Under the pieces are notes generated by a model, which worked only from the letters and a program-made list of their open reading frames with translations, was not told the DNA's origin and did no database searches. The position numbers and the translations under genes were made by a program. A stretch of 64,000 bases of DNA from Cyanophora paradoxa CCMP329. Lineage: Eukaryota > Plantae > Glaucophyta. Below are positions 43,248 through 54,900 of the stretch, one piece after another (position 1 is the first letter of the stretch; every line of letters begins with the position of its first letter). Location of the stretch: NCBI GenBank assembly GCA_004431415.1, contig QPMI01000459.1:1-64000 (forward strand), given 5' to 3'.

Positions 43248-45105
43248 ATGGAGGGCCCGATCTTCACCCCAGTGCAGTCGCTGCTCGGGGCGCTTCTTTT
43301 CGGATGCGGCGTGTTCCTGCTTCTCTTGCTGTGCGGGCGCGTGGCTGGAGTATCGGGGTCCTGGGTGACAGTCATCTTCGGGTGCCCTGACGGTACGCGC
43401 GCCCCGGGCGCTAGGCAGATAGTTCGAATTTCGTACCTTCTCTTAGCTGGTCCGCCGCGCGCGAGTGCAGGCCTATGGGTCCGCGTGGGTTTGATCGCTG
43501 GCATCATCGGCGGCGCCCACATCGGCGCCTTCACGTTCCCGCGCGGCTTCACGAGCCTCCTGCCGTTCCCAACCTGGCAGTACGCGCTCGCCGGCCTCCT
43601 TGTTGGTGCGGCCGGCACGCGCGTGCTCGCGGGGCGCCGAACAGGGAAACGGTCTAGATTTGATCATGAAGGCATCCACGCAGTAAATCGATTTATCGTT
43701 AGCTATGGTGCTGAAGAGTGCCGCGGCGCAGGCTGGGGGACGCACACGGCGAACGGATGCACCAGCGGTCACAGTGCGCGCGGCCCGCGCGCGGCTGGCG
43801 CTGCTGCGGCTCTCTGACCGGAGCGGCAGTGATCTGCGGCGCCTCGCGCCTCTCCCTCCGCTCCATCGCCGCCTCCGCGACGTGAGCCGCCCCCGCACTC
43901 GAATCGTAATCGGAACTGGTTCTTTCTCACCTGTCGCTCCTCCAGGTTCTGCGGCATGGCCCTTGTAATGTCCAACGCTCTCAAACGTAACTTCCAGGGT
44001 GCGCCGTCTAGCTAGCCCCCCCCGGCCTTCGCCGTGCCGACCCCGGGCCCGGCCGCGGCCCCTCCCTTCGCTCGCAGGTGTGCACGCGATCGCGCCGTAC
44101 GCGGCGGCGACGACCGAGGAGATCGTCGTGATGTGCTGTACCCTGGCCGCCGTCCTCTTCGCGGCCGCCGCCGTGTACCTCCTCTCGCCCCGCGGCCTCC
44201 GCCTCCTCGGCGAGGGCGCGGCCTCCCTCGCCGGCGCGACGATCTCGGGACTGGCCGTCGGCGCCGGCCTCGTCTACTCCGGAATGGGCCGCCAGGACGC
44301 CGTCCTCGGGTTCCTGAACGTCATGTGCGTCAACTCAAAATTTGATGTACTTTTTCTGTACCCCTCCCTGATTCCTGTACCCCGGGGGTACAGGGACGTC
44401 TGGAACCCGTCGCTCATGTTCGTTGCGGGCGGGGCGCTCCTCCCGAACCTCGTGCTGTACTTCACTGTTATCCGGGGTATGGCTACGCCGCTCCTCGGGG
44501 GCAAGTTCTGCCTCCCCTCCGCCAAGGCCCAGGTTCGAGTCCCGCCCTCCCCATTTCCCCCATTTCTTATACCCCCGCCCGCAGCGCTCGATTGACCTGA
44601 AGCTGATCGTCGGCTCTGCCGCCTTCGGCGCCGGCTGGGGCCTCGCGGGCTTCTGCCCGGGTACGCCATTACTCTGAATTCAAATTAATCCGCGGCCACC
44701 TGATCATGATCATGATTTGATCCGGCAGGCCCCGCGCTGCTGAACGCCGCGCGGCTCGAGCCGACGGCTCTCTCCTTCGTCGCGTTCATGACCCTCGGAA
44801 TGGCCGTCTCCCGCCTCGTCGAGGTCCGGATCTAATTCAATTTGATCCGCTCTGATTCGATCTGATCTGATCTGATCTGAGCGAAGGTCAAGGCGGCGAC
44901 GGTGGTGGGCACGCCGGACACGGTCCCCGCGGGCGTCTGCCCGCCCTGCATCGAGGAGGGCCGCTGCGACGCGGCCGGCATGTGCGGGCCCGCCGAGAAG
45001 GCGGAGAAGGCGATTGTGGCAAGCGACTTGGAGGCCGGCCAGCCCCAGGCCCCGGCGCCGGCCGCGGGGGAGCTGCCCGCCCCGCCCCTCACCTACAGCG
45101 TGTAG
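43248..45105 (+). CDS. YeeE/YedE family thiosulfate/sulfur transporter (fused two-repeat form)
   Basis: [53 protein letters not shown]. Confidence 0.9.
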
Positions 45106-45460
45106 CCAGGCAGCGCTGGCGGCGATTGCTTATACATGTGGGTACCCTGTTCTTATAGAGTAGCCGACTTCTCGGCTCTTTCTATCGTCTATTATTCAAG
45201 CGAGCTGGCGATCGTGATTCATCTGTAGTGCTACCGGCCGCCCCTGTTACCCGGCAGAGTTGCGTATGCAGTTTGTATGCAGGATCATGACGCGCAGGCG
45301 TCACTAGAGCAGGATACAGCTCTAGTTTGTCCATAGCCAGTAGCCAGCCAGCCGGCTAGCCAGCTAGCCAGTTAGCCCAGTTTCAATGAGGAGAACGAAC
45401 GGAAGGAAGGAAGGAAGGACGGAAGCTCATGGTCACCTGAGCCTGGGCCCGGCCCGGGCC

Positions 45461-46878
45461 TCACTTGAGCCTGCGCTCCTCCTGGTGGAGCGCGCGGAGC
45501 GTCTTCCGCGCCCTTTCGAGGTGCTCGATGCGCTTGCGCTCGGTCAGGACCCGCGCCAGCGCCCGCGCCGCCGGGTTCTCGATCAGGTCCGGGTCCGGCC
45601 CGCCGGCCTGCTCCAGCAGCGCCATGACCTCCTCCAGCATCGCCTCCCCCGTGTGCCTCGCCTGGGGGGGTAGCCCGTACAGCGCCGCCCGCAGGATCCG
45701 CAGCCGCCTGTTCCGCTTCGCGACCTGGGGTAGGGGGGCGGCCCGCCCGGGGTCGGCGGGGGTACGGCGTAGAGAGGAGCGGGAACGAGGTGTACCCCCA
45801 ATTGAAAGAGCTCGGTTTCGATCTGGGGCCCGAAGGCGTCCAGCAGCGATCGCCATTCGGTCTGCCAGGGCTCCACGGCCGGCGGCTGCTCCGGCTGCTC
45901 CTCGTCCTCGTCCTCGCTGCTGCTCTTCCTCCTGACCGCCGCCTTGTGGTCCGGCCGGGCGTAGAGCTTCCTCCTACGGGCGAGGTCGCCGCCGGCGTCC
46001 CCCTTGGCCGCCAGCTCCGCCTTCGCGAACGCCTCCTCCAACCTCGTGTAGCACTCTGCGAACGAGGCGCGCGGAGCACTAAGCGCGGGGCGGGGCCGTG
46101 GGCGAGATGGGAGGGAGGCGCGCACCAGCGCGGTTCAGCTGGGAGCTCTTGTGCGTCTGGCAGGTCACGATGAAGAGATTCTGCGGGCACAGGGCGGGCG
46201 TCGGACGGGCGGCCGCGGCGAGAAGCGGCGCGCGGGCTCGAACGAGCGAGCGCACCTGCGAGAGCCTCGCGCCGATGGAGCGGGCGTTGTCGGGCCCGCG
46301 CTGCCGCAGCCAGTCCGCGGCGATCTGCGAGACGGCGCCTTCCGCCACCGCCGCGTCCAGCGGGTACCGCGCCTGCACCTTCACTCGCTCCGACCCCGGC
46401 TTGACGTTGGGCCTGAGCGCGGTATGGGAAGGCGCAGCTTCCGGCGGGGCGTGCGGCGCGCTCACCCGCCGGCGCCGACGGCCCTGAACTCAATGCTCGG
46501 GCTCTTGAGCAGCCGCGCGATCCGGTCGAGCCGCGACACGAGCCCTGACTGCCCGCCGCTGCCTCCGCCCTTCCCGCGAGCGCTGCCGGCCATGCCGCGC
46601 GTGCCTGCAAGGAACCTCGGCGCCGCTCCGACCCTGCGCGGGCTGGCCGGCCACGCCAGTGCCGCCGCTGGGCTGTAAACCCGTCCGTAGCGCTGCATCG
46701 CCTCGTCGCGTGCTAACAGCGGTGCGTACAGCGGGGCGTGGGGCGACCAGAGTCGCCGCCGGTTGACGTGCTCCGCCGGCGGCGCTCGGGACGTAAAGGC
46801 GGCCGAAGCCGATATGCATCCGATTGCGCGCGCCGCCGGAAGGCCGGCGGCCCTGCAGCGGAGCGCGAGCGAGAGCAT
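45461..46878 (-). CDS. ICT1/ArfB-like (RF-1 domain) protein, probably mitochondrial, with GGP in place of GGQ
   Basis: Arg/Ala-rich presequence; splicing 46465-46413 gives IEFRAVGAGGPNVK...KVQARY; later ADWL...LFIVTCQTHKSSQLNR-ECYTRLEEAF...RRRK. Confidence 0.65.
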
Positions 46879-46975
46879 GTGCACCGGGGATGGAGCTGGA
46901 GGGGGCTACATACACGAAATGCCGGCGAGCCTCGCGTTGTTCCCAGCGGCCTGCCGGGCCAGGCCGCTGTCCAGT

Positions 46976-49900
46976 ATGCTCGCAGCGAGCAAGGTAAGCT
47001 ACCCGGGCGCGCGCTCCCCGGCGGCTAGCGCTCGCAAATGCTTGGCGAACCGACGATGCTCACGCCTTCCGGTCGCAGCGGCGGCTTTTCGCTACGCTCG
47101 CGACGTACACACATGTGGCGTCGATCTCCCGGGCGGCGCGGGTCCCCGCGTCCTCCCTGGCCGCTCGCGCCGGCGGACCTCGCTTCGTCGCTCCTCTCGG
47201 ATCCCGGGCCTTTCAGACGAGCACCGGCGACAGCAAACGGAACGATGATCTCGAGGAGGATGACGACAAGGACGAGGTGCCGCTTAAGGACTCCGTGACG
47301 GCGCTCAAGGAGGAAGAGAAGGAGACCGAGGAGGGCGCGCTCGAGAACTTCAAGCTGAGCGACGAGCGGAAGGCGATCCTGCGCGCCAAGGGCATCGAGA
47401 AGCTCTTCCCGATCCAGTGCCGCACCTTCGACGTCATCATCGACGGGCGCGATTTGATCGCGCGGTCCCGCACCGGCACCGGCAAGACCCTCGCCTTCGC
47501 GCTCCCTCTCGTCGAGAAGATCGACCAGGTCATGGCCGAAACCGGCGCCCGGCGCGTCCGCGGGCGGCCGCCCATCGCCATCGTCATGGCCCCGACCCGC
47601 GAGCTGGCCAAGCAGGTCCCCGCCCGCCCGCGCCCCGGGGCCCTTCGTGCGCTCCCTCACTCCTTCTTTCAGGTGGCTCGCGAGTTCGCGTGGATAGCCC
47701 CCAACCTGAGCGTCACCACCATCTACGGCGGCGCTTCCTACGTGCCCCAGGGTGCCCCTCGCCCCCGCGGACCGCCGCGCCGGCGCCCTGAGCCCCGCCG
47801 CAGAGCAGGCGCTGTCTCAGGGCACCGACGTGGTCGTGGGTACCCCCGGCCGCATCATCGACCTGCTGGACAAGGTGCCCTACCCCCCGCCCCGCCCCGA
47901 CCCGCTCGCCCCCGCTTCTCCTGAGCAGCCGAGCCGCGCAGGGCTCCCTCACTCTCTCCGGCGTCCGTTTCGTCGTCCTGGATGAGGCCGACGAGATGCT
48001 CAAAGTCGGTGCGCCGCCCAAGACGGGATGGGGCGCGGAAGGGGCCGGTCCGAGCGCGTACCCCCCGCAGGATTCGAGGAGCAGATGGACCGTATCATGG
48101 AGGAGGTCCCCGCGGAGCAGCGCCAGACACTCCTCTTCTCGGCGACGGTTCCGGCCTGGGTCCGGCAGGCGAGCACTCGCCCCCCGCCCGGCCCGGCCCG
48201 GAGGACCGGCCCCGCTCAAAGCTCCCCCGCGTCTCCTGACGATGCGGGGCGGGCGGCTAGGTGGCTGCGAGGCGCATGAAGAAGCCGCTTTCGGTGGACC
48301 TCGTCGGGTCGCAGGACAACAAGACCTCGGAGACGGGTACGTACGGAACGCCCAATGCGATCCGAGCTGCTTTCTCTGCTCTGATGTGAATGAATCTGAT
48401 CCGCGGCGGCCCTCGTTCGTTCGCAGTGAAGCACATCGCGGTGCGGGTGGCGGCGAGCGCGCGGGCGCAGATCCTCGGCGACCTCCTCACCGTCTTCGCG
48501 CCCAAGCGCGCCATCGTCTTCACCATGACCAAGGGGGTACGCGTCCCTCGGATCTTTAGATCCGTACCCCCGCCGCGCCCCCGAAGCTTCCTCCCCCGCG
48601 AGCGCGCCGGCGCCCTGAACTGAACTTCGAACTTCGTTCGCAGGAGGCGGACGAGCTCGCCGTGTCGCCCTCGCTCCGCATGGAGTGCGGCGTGCTCCAC
48701 GGCGACGTCGCCCAGTCCTCCCGCGAGAAGACCCTCGCCCGCTTCCGCTCCGGCAAAGTCAAGGTCCTTCTTTCTCGCCGATTATTATCATCGTCGAATC
48801 TCCTAGCTTAATCTATCTTTCTCTCTCTGCCTAGGTCCTGGTGGCGACGGACGTGGCGGCGCGGGGCCTGGACATCCCGGAGGTGGACCTGGTCGTTCAG
48901 TACCAGATCCCGAACCACACGGAGGCGTACATCCACCGCTCGGGCCGCACGGGCCGCGCCGGCCGCGACGGCGTCGCCCTCGTCCTCTTCTCCGAGAACG
49001 AGGACCGCGACCTCGCTGACCTCTCCCACGCCACGGGTACGCCGTCTCGTTCCGGGTTGGGGGGGGGGTACCGCCTTCGATCCGCGCGCGATCTTTTTCG
49101 GCGCAGGCGTCAAGTTCGAGATGCGGGGGCCGCCCTCCCCCCAGGAGGTCATGGAGGCCTGCGCCAAGGACGCCGCCGCTGCCGTCGCCGAGGCGCGCCC
49201 GTACCCCCCCCCCGCCTGTACTCTGAATCTTGTAACGAGTACCCCCTGACGGCCCCTCAGGTGCACCCGGACGTCACGCCCTACTTCCTCGCTGCCGCCA
49301 ACGACCTCCTCGCGGCCAAGGGGCCGGGTACGCCCCCCCGCGCGGGCTCGTGTACCCCCGTCCTGATCGTGTACCCCCGGCCAGGCGCGGTTGACAAGCT
49401 CGTGGCGGCGGCGCTGGCGCGCGTGGCTGGCGTCGTGCGGCCTCCGGCGCAGCGGTCGCTGCTGACGGCGATCGAGGGGCGCACGGCGGTGGCGCTGCAC
49501 GGCCCGCGGACCGTTCAGGAGGCGATCTCGCTCACGTACCAGGCGCTGGACAACCTGCCCCCGCCCGAGTCGGAGGCCGAGCAGGCGGAGGACGACGACG
49601 ACGACGACGAGGACGACGACGGGCTCCCGCCCCTGCGCGGCGGCGCCCCGGCGGCGCGCGTGCACATCGGGCGGGCGGCCCAGTTCGAAGGGGGCGTCGT
49701 GATCGACATCCCTACGCACGCGGCGACGCGCCTCGTCAAGGCCTCGTTCCGGCACCTGCCCAAGGAATACAGATTCGAGATCCCGACGACGCTGCCCCAG
49801 CTGCGGGCCGAGGTCGCCCCCCAGGGCATGGGCCGCGCCGGCGGCCGCGGCGGCTTCGGCGGCGGCCGCAGCGGCTTCGGGCAGCGCAGCGGCGGCGGCG

Positions 49901-50204
49901 GCGGCGGCTACAGCGGCTCCCGCGGCGGCGGCGGCGGCTACGGCGGGGGCAGCTACGGCGGGGCCGCGGCGGCGGCGGCGGCGGCGGCTACGGCGGCGGC
50001 TACGGCGGGCGGAGCGGCGGGTCCTACGGGGGCTCGGGCGGGCGCGGCGGGGGCGACCGGGTCGAGCGCTCCTTCGACTACCACCCGCGCAACGACTTCA
50101 TTCGGGACGGGCACGCCGAGACGCACGGCTTCGGCGGGCGCGGCGGCAGCGGCGGGCGCGGCGGCTCGCGCGGCGGCGCCGCCCCCTCCGGCTTCGACGA
50201 GTAG
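46976..50204 (+). CDS. DEAD-box RNA helicase, DDX21/RH3/PMH-like, with RGG tail; probably mitochondrial
   Basis: [63 protein letters not shown]; MLAASK|RRLFATL presequence; one frameshift in the RGG tail (~49,960). Confidence 0.93.
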
Positions 50205-50343
50205 ACGCGACCTCGAGCTCGAATTCAGAGGTCTAGATCTAGAGCTCTGTAGCCTGGATTGCGATGGCCCGTGGAACCGATTCAGCGTTCCATGGATGTC
50301 AATTCCGCTAGTTATTTACAAGGTATGAGGGCGTCTTAGATCT

Positions 50344-51729
50344 TCAGAGGAGATCCTCCAGGCTCTGCAGCTCCTGCTGGCCCTGCCGCTCCGCCCCCTC
50401 CCCCGTGCAGGGCCCGTCGTGCACCACGGGTACCCCCTCGATCTCCGCCTGGCACCGGTCGGGGTACTGCGAAAAAAACCGAAGTTCAGCAGATGCGGGG
50501 TACGGTAACGGGGCGGCGAACGAATCAAAGCGCACAGTGCGCCCGTCGACGCCGCAGACAGGGGAGTAGATGAAGGGGCAGAAGAGGGGTACCCGGTGGG
50601 CCCTGGGCGTGGGCGAGGCGGGCGGCGTCACGCCGGGCCCCTCCAGGCACGGGCCCTCGTAGGCGACGGGTACGCCGTACTGCTCCTCCGCCTCGCAGCG
50701 GTTCCCGTACTGCGGCGGGGCCGATCAGAACTTAAGAGACTGGACCGGAATTCGAAGCGGATGAGAGGAAGGCGGGAGAGAGCAAGCGCGCCGTGCGGCC
50801 GTCCGTCCCGCAGACTGGCTGGTAGATGAAGGTGCAGATGACGCCCGGGCGCGGCGTCGGAAGCGGAGTTTCGCGGCACGGACCCTCATACGCGACCGAG
50901 ACGCCGTTCTGCGACTCCGCCTCACAACGGCTCGCGTACTGCGGCGGGGCCGATCAGGAGGAAAGGAGAAAGCAAGAGAGGGGCGCGCCGTGCGGCCGTC
51001 CGTCCCGCAGACGGGCAGAAAGATGGCTGGGCAGATAACGCCCGGGCGCGGCTCGCCGGGCGACGGGAGCGGCGTCGCGCGGCAGCGTCCCCTGTACGCC
51101 ACGGGCACTCTGTAGAGCTTCTCGGCCTCGCAATCGTTCCCGTACTGCGCGCGACGCTCCCATCAGCCGCCCAAGGACCGGAGCTGGAGGCGCGAGCTCG
51201 AGGCGCACGGTGCGCCCGTTGATCCCGCAGACGGGAGCGTACACATCCGGGCAGGCTACGCTGTACTCTCGATCCCCTGCGTGAGCCCCGGGGTCAATGT
51301 ATGCCAATGGCCATGGCCATGGCCAGAAGCACGACGCTAGTAGGAGGGCGAGATTCTGGTATCGACGACATCACGGCGCGCAAGCACAGCTGCATGCGAG
51401 CGAGAGCAACGCAGCGCTAGGCCGCGAGCGAGCGGCCGCGAGCTGAGCGAGAGCACAGCCGCTGCCGCGAGCGCGCGCACCGGTGCCGCATGGGCCCTCG
51501 AAAGCGACTGGAACGCCTGCGCAATTGGCCCCACATCGATTGCCGTACGTCTGGCCGTCGACGCCGCAGACGGGCCTGTTCGCGCGGTTTGCGGTCGGGA
51601 TTCAACGAGCCTCGAAAGGCAGGGCGCGCACCGATACTCTCTCGTGCAGATGCACGCCCGATCGGCGGGGCCCGCAAGGGCGCACGCGCACGCGCACGCG
51701 TAAAGGGTGGCCAGCGCTGCAAGCTTCAT
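50344..51729 (-). CDS. Secreted five-domain Kazal-type serine protease inhibitor
   Basis: Signal peptide MKLAALATL...; five C-x7(PVC)-GxxGxTY-xxC...GxC units. Confidence 0.9.
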
Positions 51730-51989
51730 CGATCGCCGCCTGTACCCGGGCCTCGAGCTCAAGATCCCGGCCCGCTCAACGTATACGCGAGCGACGGGAG
51801 GAAAACTCGCTCGCAGAGATGGCACACGAGCTCAGGTACAGCTTCCAGCTCCACGCGTCGGCATTTGACTTGATTTGATCCCGGTTGGACCGAACCCCCT
51901 GTACCCAAATCGAAGCCGCATAAAACCCGGGAAGACGGAGGCGCGGCCTCAGTGTGAGAAGTTCGGAAAAGCAGCAAGCAGCAAGCAGG

Positions 51990-54900
51990 ATGCGCCGCAC
52001 GGTCATCGCCGCGGCCGCGGCCGTCGCAGTGCTCTACCTCAGCGGCCTAGCGCTCCTGAGCGCCGACGCGGCCCCGGGTCCGTCTCCCCTCCCCCGGCGC
52101 CCTTCCGCCGCCACCGGAGAATGTATTGGAGGCTTTAGGACCTCTCTCTCAGTATATGCCGGCGCATAAGAGCGTGCCTCGCCGGCCGCTGACGCCCGCT
52201 CCGCCGTCGGCGCAGGCGCTTCGGATGGCGTGAAGCCAGTTCCCTTCGCAGCGCCGGCCTCGTTCGCTGGACGGCGTCTCCTTCAGAACTACGGTGCGAC
52301 CTCACGTCGGAGAGCGCCCGGACTATTCCGCGCCTGCGCCTCGTCGGCTCTTCGTCGTGCCTTCGAAGCGACGACCTCTGCCGCGCCTTGGACCTCTGCC
52401 GCGCGCCTTGGAGCGCGCCTCTTCTCTTCGCGGCACGCCTTCGATCACCTGCAGCATTGCTCCACGCTTCTTCAGCCTGCTCGCCGCCTCGCGACCCGCG
52501 CCATGCTCGCCCGCCCGCGCCGCGCAGATCGCTGATGGGCTCTTGGCCACGCAGACAGCACTGGGGGCAACGGAAAATATGTGGTGATCATGAGGACCCA
52601 CGCCTGTCTCTCATGCCCGCTTTCTCATGCCCGCCGCAGGCTCCTGTATCACAGGTCCCCGCGGCCACTCCCGAGGTCGTGAGCACGACGCCGACCAAGG
52701 GCACCGTCTCGCAGGGTACGCCTCGCGGTCCGCAGCGCCCTCCCTGCGGCTCTGGCTGACGTGTGCCCTGCAGGCCCCGCGGCAACTCCCGTCGTCGTGT
52801 CTCAGGGCCCGTACGTCACGCCGGAGGTCGTGAGCACCACGCCGACCAAGAACGGCGGCGGCGTCTCGCAGGGTACGCCTCACGGCTCGCGGCGCCCCCT
52901 CGGCGGCTCTGATTTGCGCCGCCCGCAGGCCCCGCGGCAACTCCCGTCGTCGTGTCTCAGGGCCCGTACGTCACTCCGGAGGTGGTGAGCACCACGCCGA
53001 CCAAGGGCACCGTCTCGCAGGGTACGCCTCACGGCTCGCGGCGCCCGCTCGGCGGCTCTGATTTGCGCCGCCCGCAGGCCCCGCGGCCACTCCCGTCGTC
53101 GTGTCTCAGGGCCCGTACGTCACTCCGGAGGTGGTGAGCACCACGCCGACCAAGAACGGCGGCGGCGTCTCGCAGGGTACGCCTCACGGCTCGCGGCGCC
53201 CCCTCGGCGGCTCTGATTTGCGCCGCCCGCAGGCCCCGCGGCAACTCCCGTCGTCGTGTCTCAGGGCCCGTACGTCACTCCGGAGGTGGTGAGCACCACG
53301 CCGACCAAGGGCACCGTCTCGCAGGGTACGCCTCACGGCTCGCGGCGCCCGCTCGGCGGCTCTGATTTGCGCCGCCCGCAGGCCCCGCGGCAACTCCCGT
53401 CGTCGTGTCTCAGGGCCCGTACGTCACTCCGGAGGTGGTGAGCACCACGCCGACCAAGAACGGCGGCGGCGTCTCGCAGGGTTCGCCTCGCCTCTCCTGT
53501 CGCCTGCCCCGCGGCTCTTGACTGCGGCTCGCAGGCCCCGTGGCCACTCCAGAGGTCGTTAGCACCACGCCGACCAAGGGTACCGTCTCGCAGGGTGAGC
53601 TGCGCTTCTTCAGACGCTGTCACAGCGGCTCTTGACTGCGGCTCGCAGGCCCCGTGGCCACTCCCGAGGTCGTGAGCACGACGCCGTCCAAGGGCACCGT
53701 TTCGCAGGGTGCGCCTCGCGGCTCGCGGCGCCCCCTCGGCGGTTCTGGCTGACGTGTGGCCTGCAGGCCCCGCGGCCACTCCCGTCGTCGTCTCTCAGGG
53801 CCCGTACGCCACTCCGGAGGTCGTGAGCACCACGCCGACCAAGACGAAAGGTGCGGTCCGGTTTTGCTTGCACTGCGAGGTCTGCCCGGCTCAGGTTTCG
53901 CAGGCTCTGCCTCGTACCGCCGCCGCCTGGAACAGTACAGCAAGGGCACCGTCTCTCAGGGCCCAGGCACCGTCTCGCAGGGTGCATGACTTGCGCGCGG
54001 CGCCAGGGGCGCGCGCGCCGACTTGGCTCACTTGCCGTGTGCGGCAGGCCCCGTCGCCACTCCCGAGGTCGTGAGCACCACGCCGACCAAGGGCACTGTC
54101 TATCAGGGTGCGCTGCGCTTCTTCAGACGCGGTCACAGCGGCTCTGACGGCGGCTTGCAGTCCCCGAGGCCACTCCCGAGGTCGTGAGCACCACGCCAAC
54201 TAAGGGCGATGTCACTCAGACCCCCGGCACCGTCTCGCAGGGTGCATGACTTGCGCGCGGCGCCAGGGACGCGCGCGCCGCCTTGGCTCACTCGCAGTGT
54301 GCGGCAGGCCCCGTCGCCACTCCGGAGGTCGTGAGCACGACACCGACCAAGGGCACCGTCTCGCAGGGTACGCTTCTGCCGTCCGCAGCGCCCTCCCTGC
54401 GGCTCTGATTGACATGTGGCCCGCAGGCCCCGCGGCCACTCCCATCGTCGTGTCTCAGGGCCCCGCCGTGACGCCGGAGGTCGTGAGCACGACGCCGACC
54501 AAGGGCACAGTTTCGCAGGGTGAGCTGCGCTTCTTCAGACGCTCTCTCAGCGGCTCTGACCGCTGCCGGCAGTCCCCGTGGCCACTCCCGAGGTCGTGAG
54601 CACGACGCCGACCAAGGGCACCGTCTCGCAGGGTGAGCTGCGCTTCTTCAGACGCTGTCGCAGCGGCTCTGACTGCGGATCGCAGTCCCCGTGGCCACTC
54701 CTGAGGTCGTGAGCACGACGCCGACCAAGGGCACCGTCTCGCAGGGTGCGCTGCGCTTCTTCAGACGCGGTCGCAGCGGCTCTGACCGCTGCCGGCAGTC
54801 CCCGTGGCCACTCCCGAGGTCGTGAGCACGACGCCGACCAAGGGCACCGTCTCGCAGGGTACGCCTCGCGGCTCGCGGCGCCCCCTCGGCGGCTCTGACT

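Noticed and set aside
46549-46557. GGQ tripeptide as the catalytic motif of the ICT1-like protein
   Set aside because: It lies in a Gly/Ser linker about 25 residues before the loop that aligns with the release-factor motif.
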